Origin: Verrucomicrobiia bacterium
GTDB lineage: Bacteria > Verrucomicrobiota > Verrucomicrobiia > Limisphaerales > UBA1319
DNA length: 64,000 nt
Reading direction: 5' to 3'
NCBI GenBank assembly: GCA_963664225.1
Contig: OY760937.1
Location: 5,408,001-5,472,000 of the forward strand
Position 1 is the first letter of the stretch. Each line of letters opens with the position of its first letter. Below, piece after piece: positions 10,081 to 18,272 of the stretch. Position numbers and translations under genes: made by a program. The notes under the pieces are model-generated. The model saw only the letters and a program-made list of their open reading frames with translations, searched no databases and had not been told where the DNA came from.

Positions 10081-11130
10081 ATGCCTCCAGATTCCGTCAG
10101 CAACGACGCGCAGGAAGTGCGGCAACGTCAGGCGATGAGTGTGTTCTACGCCTGTCTGACTTACACGGTGATACTCACCCTGATCTGGCTGTTTTTGTGC
10201 ATCACAGGAAAGGATGGGGGAATCTTCTTCGGAAAAGGGCAGGTTTCGCTCAAGCAGGTGATGGGACTGGTGGGGGGCATTGTCTTCTTTTGGATGATCT
10301 GGTCATATGCCTTCCATTGGTTGAAATACGGCCTGCTCAAAAGGCTGGGACTCAGTCGGGAGGAACTGAAGATGGTATTTGGCAACCGCCTGCATGCATT
10401 CGATCTTGAAGCCTTGCTCCAACGGCACTCCGAGAGGTCGATACGAATCATTGACATGATTGGCCGCCGCGGGCGCACAATCATATTGGTGATTACCAGC
10501 TTTGGCCTGGTTTATCTTCAGATTCGCCAGAATCCCACGTCAGACTCGCTCCTGCTCGGATTGCAATCCAGCCTCTTCGACGCCATGTTTCTGAACTGGT
10601 GGAACCTGCTGACTTTTCACAACAACGGCGTTCTCGGCCACATGACTTATGGAGCTCAGGCGCGGGTGCTGGATGGTGTCCTGGGCCGCGCCAATGCATT
10701 GTGCATCGCAACTTTGTGGAGCGGTTTTAAATTCGTCATGATTCCTCTGGCAGTGCCCCTGTCCGGGATTTATTCCCCAAAGACGTATGCCGTCGTCTAC
10801 GCTTTCATCTGGCTGTCCTATGCCGCGGCGGATTTCGCCTCCGAAATCTTTGGCTCACTCTGGGGACGGCATCGCATCCAGGTGTGGGGCCTGGGCGAGA
10901 TTAACCGCAAGTCCTGGACGGGCGTGGTTGCGGGATTCATCTGCGTCCTGGTGCTCAATGTGACGCTGGTTTATGTGCATCAACTCTCCGTCGCCTGGTT
11001 GGTTTTGGGTGTGTTGTTGGCGGTCACCAATCCACTGATTGAATTAATTTCTCCCCGGGGGACGGACGATTTCACCATGGCGACCTTTAACGCCGCTCTA
11101 TGCCTGGCCTATGGCTGGCTCGTGTTTTGA
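10081..11130 (+). CDS. Polytopic membrane protein with C-terminal phytol/dolichol kinase-like (CTP-transferase superfamily) domain
   Basis: Many hydrophobic segments; AADFASEIFGSLWGRHRI...RKSWTG and ELISPRGTDDFT resemble the GDxxAxxxGxxxG..KSxxG and ExxS..xDN signatures. Confidence 0.6.
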   Translation: MPPDSVSNDAQEVRQRQAMSVFYACLTYTVILTLIWLFLCITGKDGGIFFGKGQVSLKQVMGLVGGIVFFWMIWSYAFHWLKYGLLKRLGLSREELKMVFGNRLHAFDLEALLQRHSERSIRIIDMIGRRGRTIILVITSFGLVYLQIRQNPTSDSLLLGLQSSLFDAMFLNWWNLLTFHNNGVLGHMTYGAQARVLDGVLGRANALCIATLWSGFKFVMIPLAVPLSGIYSPKTYAVVYAFIWLSYAAADFASEIFGSLWGRHRIQVWGLGEINRKSWTGVVAGFICVLVLNVTLVYVHQLSVAWLVLGVLLAVTNPLIELISPRGTDDFTMATFNAALCLAYGWLVF

Positions 11131-11159
11131 ATCGAACTCGAAGGCGTTCGTTGCTTTCC

Positions 11160-12077
11160 TCATTCGCCAATAGGGACGGATTGCGCCCAGGAACGCTCCG
11201 CAATTTCGGGACACTCCAAAAGACGCGATGAATTGAATGTGGGAACCGCCCATTCACGTATCCGATTTTCCACTTCGTCGATGGTCGCATCCAATGTGGA
11301 GGTGCCGGCGGTGATTCCGACGCAGTCCACGTTCGCAAACCACTCCTGTTTCATCCCAGCGGCATTTTCGACTTGGAAGACTCTGAGGCAATACTTTGCG
11401 CAGGTGGCTGCCAGCTCCCGGGTGTTATTACTGTTTGCGCCGCCGATGACAATGACGACTTCGGCCTGTTGTGCCAGGTCAACGGCTGCTGCCTGACGTT
11501 GTTTTGTCGGCTGGCACACCGTGTCGATGAATCTAATCTCCGAGGAGGGGAATTTGAGACGCAGCCGGTCCACCCAGTGGCGCACGCGTTCAATGGGATG
11601 AGTCGTTTGGGCAATGACTCCGTACTTTGGATGTTCCCGCACCTGTTCCAAATCCTGCTCGCTTTCGATCACATTGAATTGATCGAGATCTTCCGTCATT
11701 CCCCGCACCTCGACATGGGAGGCTTTACCGATAATTACGGGGTGGTATCCGTCCCGAAGGAGCGCGTTAACCGACCGATGGGCCAGTTTAACAAGCGGAC
11801 AGGTGGCATCCATCAACGTGAGGCCAAGATTCAATGCGTGGGTTGCGGCCTTGTTCGATGTGCCATGCGCCGTGATCATGGCATGGGAGGTGGCAACCTC
11901 TTCCGCGCTGTATTTTATGTCAATTCCCAGAGCGCGCAACCGGTTGAGCACTGTGGGATTGTGGACCAATTCGCCGAGGATGGTCAGGGGACGGATGGCG
12001 GCGGCGCGCGAGGCCAGGCGGATGGCATCGCGCACTCCAAAGCACATGCCCATGTGTTCAGCGCGTAAAATCTTCAT
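11160..12077 (-). CDS. ispH: 4-hydroxy-3-methylbut-2-enyl diphosphate reductase
   Basis: GMCFGV, LVHN, TAHG, DATCPLV, HVEV, DTVC, SNNT, GITAGTST. Confidence 0.95.
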   Translation of the reverse strand: MKILRAEHMGMCFGVRDAIRLASRAAAIRPLTILGELVHNPTVLNRLRALGIDIKYSAEEVATSHAMITAHGTSNKAATHALNLGLTLMDATCPLVKLAHRSVNALLRDGYHPVIIGKASHVEVRGMTEDLDQFNVIESEQDLEQVREHPKYGVIAQTTHPIERVRHWVDRLRLKFPSSEIRFIDTVCQPTKQRQAAAVDLAQQAEVVIVIGGANSNNTRELAATCAKYCLRVFQVENAAGMKQEWFANVDCVGITAGTSTLDATIDEVENRIREWAVPTFNSSRLLECPEIAERSWAQSVPIGE

Positions 12078-12118
12078 AAAATCGCGATCAAATGATGTTT
12101 ACGGGATACATTACAAAC

Positions 12119-12137
12119 TACTTTGCAATACAAAGTA
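12119..12137. promoter_or_regulatory. Palindromic operator upstream of ispH
   Basis: TACTTTG-CAATA-CAAAGTA; 14/17 identical to the site at 13137-13153. Confidence 0.65.
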
Positions 12138-12169
12138 TATGACCAGTATCAATCCGCAATGTTCAAAAT

Positions 12170-12481
12170 TTATTTTCGGGGTTTCGTCTGCTGCACGATG
12201 CTCTCCAGCAGATCGATGTACGCGAGGAACGCCTTGCGACCGGCTGGGGTCAGGGCGCATGTGGTCAGGGGCTTTTTGTGATGAAAAGATTTGGTTACGG
12301 CAACGTAGCCCGTTTCCTGAAGGGTTCGAATATGAACGCTCAGGTTGCCGTCGGTCATGCTCAAGGTATCCCGGATTTCGGTAAATGAGAGCTGATCCGA
12401 GGCGGCCAGCAGGGACATGATGGCCAGACGCCCTTTTTCATGGATGACACGATCGAGTTGAAGAAAAGTATCGGGATTCAC
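12170..12481 (-). CDS. Small winged-helix transcriptional regulator (HTH_34/ArsR-MarR-like)
   Basis: LDRVIHEKGRLAIMSLL...SFTEIRDTLSMTDGNLSVHIRTL...GYV...LTPAGRKAF. Confidence 0.9.
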   Translation of the reverse strand: MNPDTFLQLDRVIHEKGRLAIMSLLAASDQLSFTEIRDTLSMTDGNLSVHIRTLQETGYVAVTKSFHHKKPLTTCALTPAGRKAFLAYIDLLESIVQQTKPRK

Positions 12482-12487
12482 ACGAGT

Positions 12488-13129
12488 TCAGGGAACTTCG
12501 AGATGTGATGGCGCCGATTTTTCTCCGGTGGCGTAAAGGTAAAGCCCGTAGGCCAGATGGAGTCCGCCAAAGGTGACGCCCATGACACCATGCGCGTAAT
12601 GAAGCGGGGGAACATTGGATAATCCGCTGACGACCAGGAACAATGTGCCCCCGGCCAGAATGAAAACCCAGGCGAATAGTTTGATCCCGCGCGGCATGAA
12701 GAAACCGGCCGCGTGCAGGGCGCATCCGTAAAATATCATCCACAAGGAGGGCAGCCACCACGCCTGAAGTGGATCGGACCAGCGCGGCAGAAAAAGTGCC
12801 ACTACTGTCAACAGCCCTGCAAAGAATGGCGGCAACACAGCCTGGGTGACGCGGCGTGTGGGAGGGGACCAGAACGCCTCCGCAGCCCTCAAGGCCTGGC
12901 GCCGAACCAATAGAAATGCCGCTGCGATACCCACAATGCAAATGGCGCTCCAGAAGAGCGCAAACATCCCGGGTGTGTCGAAATGAAGAAACCAGCCGAG
13001 GATGCCGCCAGCGATGCCCAGTAGACCCGAGGTCAACATGACTGGCGCCAGGGCGCGTCGATAAATGGTCGCGCGCTCCATGAGCGTGCGAATGACCTGC
13101 AAATGCTCAGTGGCCCAATTCGACTCCAT
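12488..13129 (-). CDS. Multi-pass membrane protein co-transcribed with the wHTH regulator
   Basis: EHLQVIRTLMER N-terminus, about 6 TM segments, C-terminal FGGLHLAYG; ends 6 nt before the regulator start. Confidence 0.8.
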   Translation of the reverse strand: MESNWATEHLQVIRTLMERATIYRRALAPVMLTSGLLGIAGGILGWFLHFDTPGMFALFWSAICIVGIAAAFLLVRRQALRAAEAFWSPPTRRVTQAVLPPFFAGLLTVVALFLPRWSDPLQAWWLPSLWMIFYGCALHAAGFFMPRGIKLFAWVFILAGGTLFLVVSGLSNVPPLHYAHGVMGVTFGGLHLAYGLYLYATGEKSAPSHLEVP

Positions 13130-13136
13130 GTAGCTC

Positions 13137-13164
13137 ACTTTATACTGCAAAGCAATTGTGTCAA
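13137..13164 (-). promoter_or_regulatory. Promoter with overlapping operator for the membrane protein/regulator operon
   Basis: Minus strand TTGACA-N16-TAAAGT-N7-ATG; operator GCTTTGCAGTATAAAGT covers the spacer and -10. Confidence 0.6.
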
Positions 13165-13258
13165 GAAGAGGATTAAGAAATGGAGGTTTTCGATTTCAGA
13201 AACGGCCATTTGGCACAGAATTGAGGCGGCATTTGCCGGAGGGAAGGGGCGAGTAGTG

Positions 13259-14002
13259 TCACGGAATTTGTTTTTTTACCTCGATCCATTTTGGCCCGAA
13301 CAAACGAAGCGTTTCAAACGCTGTTTGCCAGTCGGTCAGGACGGGCATGGAATAGCGGACGAATTGTTTGGTGCGTATTGATGGTACGCGATTCATGACA
13401 CTTTGAACGAACTGATTCGCCGCCAAAAATCGATTCGCGTGAATCCAGGCGGCTTCAGGGGATGCCGGTTTGCTGGTTTGAAAACGCCATGATTCCTGAA
13501 ATGGTTTTCCGCCGATGAGCGTCGCCCAGACCACCAATTGTCGGACAGCGCCTCCTGGGGTTTCAAAAGCGCGACATTCAAAATCCAGATTGGTTGTTCC
13601 AAACTGGATGGCCATCTTCTCCGGCTGCCCAAGGTTCACTGGTTGCCATCCGGCCTTCACCCAGCAAAGGTCTGGCGTGTGTTGTACGACGGAAAGGCTT
13701 TTCCCATCGGAACCGCTCCAGTCGGCAAAAAAAACGCGTATTTCCTCGGAATTGGTTCCCGTAAATGTGCCGCTTATCAAATTCGTCGTTGCCAGCGCTC
13801 CCTGTTCGTTGGGTGAGATGGGTTCGATTCGAAAATCGTAACCTGCGATAGAAGACCGAGTTTCAAAGCGTATGGTGGATTGGCGTGCAATTGCGCTTGA
13901 ACGAAACCACGCGGAAGCTCCGCCGATGCAGACCAGAAAGATCAACACAAACGCCCAAGGCAGCCTTTGAGGCCGGACTGATGGGCGATTTGGAGAAAGC
14001 AT
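13259..14002 (-). CDS. Exosortase-associated EpsI/DUF3485-like periplasmic protein
   Basis: N-terminal TM anchor; HTPDLCWVKAGW matches the EpsI HxPxxCxxxxGW motif. Confidence 0.7.
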   Translation of the reverse strand: MLSPNRPSVRPQRLPWAFVLIFLVCIGGASAWFRSSAIARQSTIRFETRSSIAGYDFRIEPISPNEQGALATTNLISGTFTGTNSEEIRVFFADWSGSDGKSLSVVQHTPDLCWVKAGWQPVNLGQPEKMAIQFGTTNLDFECRAFETPGGAVRQLVVWATLIGGKPFQESWRFQTSKPASPEAAWIHANRFLAANQFVQSVMNRVPSIRTKQFVRYSMPVLTDWQTAFETLRLFGPKWIEVKKQIP

Positions 14003-14136
14003 CTAAAAACAGGGAAATGGTGGAGTTCGATTTGCGAGCCTTCTTTCAAGCTGACGCCATCAAAGCCAATCCATTGAAAACGCCTGGCCATCGTGATTCG
14101 AGGCCAGGCAGAATTCCACATTATTGGGGTCAATCA

Positions 14137-15423
14137 TTAGGCGCGCCAGACTTGATCGGGCTTGACCTTTGCTTTACTCATCGCATTGCGTGTATCGACG
14201 ATGCACGGGGACCAATCGGCCAGTTCCTGGTAATTAATGACATCGTGGCCTGTGGCGATGACGACCGCGTCAAACGAGGAAATGGTTTTCTTATCCCAAG
14301 TCACAGATTTTATTCCCGCCCAATGCGGATGCTCGCGGGTTGGGCGAATGATGGGCACATAGGGATCATAGTACGATACCTCCGCACCGTGCTTTTTGAA
14401 CAGTTCAAGCAGAGTATAGCTTGGAGATTCGCGGTCATCGTCCACGTTGGGTTTGTAGGCCAGGCCAATGATAAGCACCCGGCTGCCATTGGCGGCTTTT
14501 CGGAAGAAATTAAGGGCGTCCGTGGTACGGTGAACCACATATTCAGGCATGCCCGTGTTGATTTCACCCGCCAACTCGATGAACCGGGTCGCCTGCCCGT
14601 ATTCCCGCGCTTTCCATGTCAGATAAAATGGATCGATGGGAATGCAATGGCCGCCCAAACCGGGACCCGGATAGAATGGCATGAAACCAAAAGGCTTGGT
14701 CTTTGCGGCGTTGATGACCTCGTAAATGTCGATGTCCATCGCGCTGTAAACGATTTTCAATTCGTTGACCAGGGCGATGTTGACGCACCTGAAGATATTC
14801 TCCAACAGCTTGGTCGCCTCCGCAGCCCGGCAGGAGGATACGGGAACCACTGTCTTGATGGCCAGGCCGTAAAGAGCCTTGGCTTTTTCCAGGCACGCGG
14901 GAGTGAGTCCGCCGACGACTTTGGGTATATCCGCCACCTGGCTTTTCGGGTTGCCCGGGTCTTCACGCTCCGGCGAAAAGGCGAGATGAAAATCGACGCC
15001 AGCCTTGAGCCCCGAGCCGCTTTCAAGCACCAGGCGCAAATCTTCGTCCGTCGTGCCGGGATAGGTGGTGGATTCCAGCACCACTAGAATCCCCTTATGC
15101 AGATGCGGGGCAATCGCTTTGCCGGTATCAATGATGTAGGAAATATCAGGCTCGCGATTCTTGTTTAGCGGGGTCGGAACACAAATGATGATCGCGTCCA
15201 AATCGCGGATCTTTGAGAAATCCGTGGAGGCGGAAAACTTCTTCGCGGTCAATTGCTCTTTTATCGCCTCGGATGGAATGTGGCGAATATAACTCCGGCC
15301 TTGGTTGAGCGCTTCGACTTTTGATGTATCAATGTCCAAACCAATAACTTGCGTGCCAGAGCGCGCAAATTGGAGAGATAAAGGAAGACCTACATAACCT
15401 AATCCTACAATGGCAATGTGCAT
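14137..15423 (-). CDS. Nucleotide-sugar 6-dehydrogenase (UDP-GlcNAc/UDP-glucose/GDP-mannose dehydrogenase family)
   Basis: IVGLGYVGLP, CVPTP, ESTTYPG, FSPEREDPG, catalytic GGHCIPIDP, GLAYKPNVDDDRESP. Confidence 0.95.
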   Translation of the reverse strand: MHIAIVGLGYVGLPLSLQFARSGTQVIGLDIDTSKVEALNQGRSYIRHIPSEAIKEQLTAKKFSASTDFSKIRDLDAIIICVPTPLNKNREPDISYIIDTGKAIAPHLHKGILVVLESTTYPGTTDEDLRLVLESGSGLKAGVDFHLAFSPEREDPGNPKSQVADIPKVVGGLTPACLEKAKALYGLAIKTVVPVSSCRAAEATKLLENIFRCVNIALVNELKIVYSAMDIDIYEVINAAKTKPFGFMPFYPGPGLGGHCIPIDPFYLTWKAREYGQATRFIELAGEINTGMPEYVVHRTTDALNFFRKAANGSRVLIIGLAYKPNVDDDRESPSYTLLELFKKHGAEVSYYDPYVPIIRPTREHPHWAGIKSVTWDKKTISSFDAVVIATGHDVINYQELADWSPCIVDTRNAMSKAKVKPDQVWRA

Positions 15424-15613
15424 AGTATTATACCAAAATGATCGCAGTTTCCCAAGATTACGTCTGGACAACGTTAAACCAGTTACGGGCTAAAAATAAC
15501 CGGTAAAAGTTTAAACACAAACACAAATTGGATGTTGAATGAGTTGGCGGATTGTGGATTGGCTCGGCTGTTTTCGCGCCGAAGGTTCAACTCCCAATGG
15601 ATCAAGTTCGGGC

Positions 15614-18241
15614 CTACACTTTGCGCCGGGCCTGATCCACTTTTTTCTCCAGGATTGCCCGCAAGTTGGGCAGGGCCTTTTGGAGGCGTTGATAAAGGTT
15701 GGCGGCTTCAGTCCACTGATTTTGAGATTCGAGTATGCGGGCGGCCTCGAGTCCGGCGCGTCCGAGCCAGAATGGATCCGGTTTTTCACCGGGACGGAGA
15801 TTGCTTTCGAGCGCGATGTTCAGGTAATGGTCGAGGGCTAGTTTGAGCAGGGGGAGTTGTTCGGGCGGGGCCATGCTTCGGGCCTGGGCTTCGAGAACGC
15901 CTGCAATTCCGCATTCCGCGTCGCTGCGATCCGGCAAAGGGGAGGCTGGGCTGTCCATGACCTTCTGGTAAAATTGGAGGGCGTTTGTGTAACGGGAGGC
16001 GTCCTGGGAGGCGAGTTGAAAATGGCAGTCGGCAATGCGCCCCCAGGCCATGGGAGCCAGTGAGTTGGTTTCAGGTATTCGACTGAAAACGACAATGGCT
16101 TCGCCGAATTTCTTGAGAGAATTGGTGTTTTCAAGGTTCGGCATGGCGATGAAGGTGTCTCCAAGGGCAAAGTAGGTTGAGCATAACAGATTCAGCGACA
16201 GGGCGGGGTCGCTATTGAGGAGGTTGATCAAGGTGACGAAGTAATTGGTGGCGTCGGTGAAACCCTGGCGATTGAAGGCGGAGCGTCCAGCGCAGAGCCG
16301 AGCCCTTAAGGCCAGACCCGAGCCAGCCCAATTGGTGTTTTGGAAGAGTAATTGATAATTTTTTTCGGCGTCTTCGTAATTGCCGTTATTGAAATAATGG
16401 TCGGCAGCGGCGTTTTGGGCCAGGGGGGCCAGTGCGGAGAGCGGATTACGGGAGACGAAATTGGTGTAGAGTTGGAGGGCTTTGGCGTCCTGACCGGCCT
16501 GTTCATAGACCCATGCGCGATCGAATTCCGCTTGGGCACGGGAGGGGTGATTGGTATAGGCGGAGACCCAGGCGTCGAGTCTGGCCTGGGCTTCGGCCCA
16601 GTTGGATTCCTGGGACCATGAGCGGGCAATGGCAAGCTGAGCCTGGGGTATGAGCGGAGAATTGGGCAGGCGCTGGACAAGATCGGAGAGCCGCTTGCGG
16701 GCCTGGGTGGGATTGTTCTGTGAGAGGAGGGCCTGGCCTGCCAGGAGCATGGCGCGATCAAGCAATGCCCCTTGAGGGAAGAGTTCTATCATTTTATCCA
16801 GGGCGGTGGTTGCGGCGGGCAAATCGCCGAGTTCGAGGCTGGCGCGAATGATTTGGTAATGATTGTTCTCAAACCAGTTTTGAGCGAGGCCCGGGTATTG
16901 AGCGGCCTGGTCGGCGGCAAGGCGGTAATTCTCGCGCGCCCCCGCATAATCTTTTAGAGCGAACTGGGTGTCGGCCCATTTGGTGCGGGCCACGAGCTGG
17001 TTGGTGGAAGGAGGAATGCGCTCGGTTGCGATTTTGAAGGCGAGGGCGCTTTCGCCCGGGTTGCCCGCCTCCAAAAGGGACCAGCCCCGATCGAGTTGCG
17101 CGAGGCCGAAGGAGGGGCTTTGGGGCGAATTTTGAACAATATAATCGAATTGGGCCTGGGCGCGTTGCAGTGCATTGGTGATGGGGCCAGGGGCCGGTTT
17201 TTGGGTTGTCCAGGCTTTCAGATAGAGCTCGCCCAGCGCGAGTCGCATCTGGTCCTCTTCGGGATCTTTTGGAAAACGAGCCAGAAAGGTTTCCAAGGTT
17301 CTGGCCGCCAGGTCAAGGTTGCCAGAGGCGAGATAAATTTCTGCGAGTTTATGGAGCACCTGGCGTTTTTGGGGCGCCGGCAGGGATTCGAACTTTTGTT
17401 CGTAAACCCTCACTGCTTCATCCCGCTGTCCAGCGGCGTCCAGAACGCGACCCTGGAGAACGATGGAATCGGCCTGGCTGGCGGGGGAACCGGTGGCAGT
17501 GGCCAGGGCGAGAAGATTCGTCAGGCTGGCGAGCGCTTCCGCAGGCCGGTTGCCATCGAGGCGCGCGCGGACCAGCAAGAATTCGCGCTGCCAGTTGAGT
17601 TGGGGGGGCAGGGGACGATTTTGGAGCAAATTAAGGGTGTCCTCGGCGGATTTGTATTCCTGGCGTGTCAGATAGGCATCGGCCAGAAGGAGATGACCAC
17701 GGAGGATGTATTCGTCGTTGGGCTGGGCCTGAGCGGTTTTTTGAAAGGCGGCTCCGGGTTGGCGCAGCAGTTCGATGGCGTTGGTGGTGTTGCCCAATTT
17801 GAACCAGGCATACGCTTCGCCAAAGCTGGCCTGGGAACGGGAAGGGGAATCGGGGAAGTCCTTGAGTAACTGGGCGTAAGCGGCAGCGGCCGAAGCATTG
17901 TCACCGCGTTGGAGCTGGGCTTCGGCAATCCATAGCCGGAACTTGTCGGCTTGTTTGCCTGCCTGGGCATAACCCGCGTTGAGCAGGCTGATCGCTGCGT
18001 CGTACTGGCTTAGTTTGCATCGGGCCTGGGCCTGCAGGAGGATTACCTCGGGCCATTTTTCCGATTTGGGAAAACGTTTTGACCAGTCGCCAAATTCCTT
18101 TTCGGCGCGGTCAAAGAGGCCATCCTGAAATGCCCGCGCGGCCGCTTTGTAGGCGATGTCTTCCGGGGTGTCCTGTGCCAGACAGGCGAAGGCCATGGTC
18201 AAAATGCAAAGGACCAAGCCGAGGAGACGCGAGGTTTCCAT
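15614..18241 (-). CDS. Large periplasmic TPR protein (BamD/CpoB-like repeats)
   Basis: Signal peptide METSRLLGLVLCILTMAFACLA; repeated helical units with FPxS/LPNS turns; directly downstream of uvrA. Confidence 0.8.
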   Translation of the reverse strand: METSRLLGLVLCILTMAFACLAQDTPEDIAYKAAARAFQDGLFDRAEKEFGDWSKRFPKSEKWPEVILLQAQARCKLSQYDAAISLLNAGYAQAGKQADKFRLWIAEAQLQRGDNASAAAAYAQLLKDFPDSPSRSQASFGEAYAWFKLGNTTNAIELLRQPGAAFQKTAQAQPNDEYILRGHLLLADAYLTRQEYKSAEDTLNLLQNRPLPPQLNWQREFLLVRARLDGNRPAEALASLTNLLALATATGSPASQADSIVLQGRVLDAAGQRDEAVRVYEQKFESLPAPQKRQVLHKLAEIYLASGNLDLAARTLETFLARFPKDPEEDQMRLALGELYLKAWTTQKPAPGPITNALQRAQAQFDYIVQNSPQSPSFGLAQLDRGWSLLEAGNPGESALAFKIATERIPPSTNQLVARTKWADTQFALKDYAGARENYRLAADQAAQYPGLAQNWFENNHYQIIRASLELGDLPAATTALDKMIELFPQGALLDRAMLLAGQALLSQNNPTQARKRLSDLVQRLPNSPLIPQAQLAIARSWSQESNWAEAQARLDAWVSAYTNHPSRAQAEFDRAWVYEQAGQDAKALQLYTNFVSRNPLSALAPLAQNAAADHYFNNGNYEDAEKNYQLLFQNTNWAGSGLALRARLCAGRSAFNRQGFTDATNYFVTLINLLNSDPALSLNLLCSTYFALGDTFIAMPNLENTNSLKKFGEAIVVFSRIPETNSLAPMAWGRIADCHFQLASQDASRYTNALQFYQKVMDSPASPLPDRSDAECGIAGVLEAQARSMAPPEQLPLLKLALDHYLNIALESNLRPGEKPDPFWLGRAGLEAARILESQNQWTEAANLYQRLQKALPNLRAILEKKVDQARRKV

Positions 18242-18272
18242 TCGTCCGCGAACGACGGTCTGGTTTGGGAGG

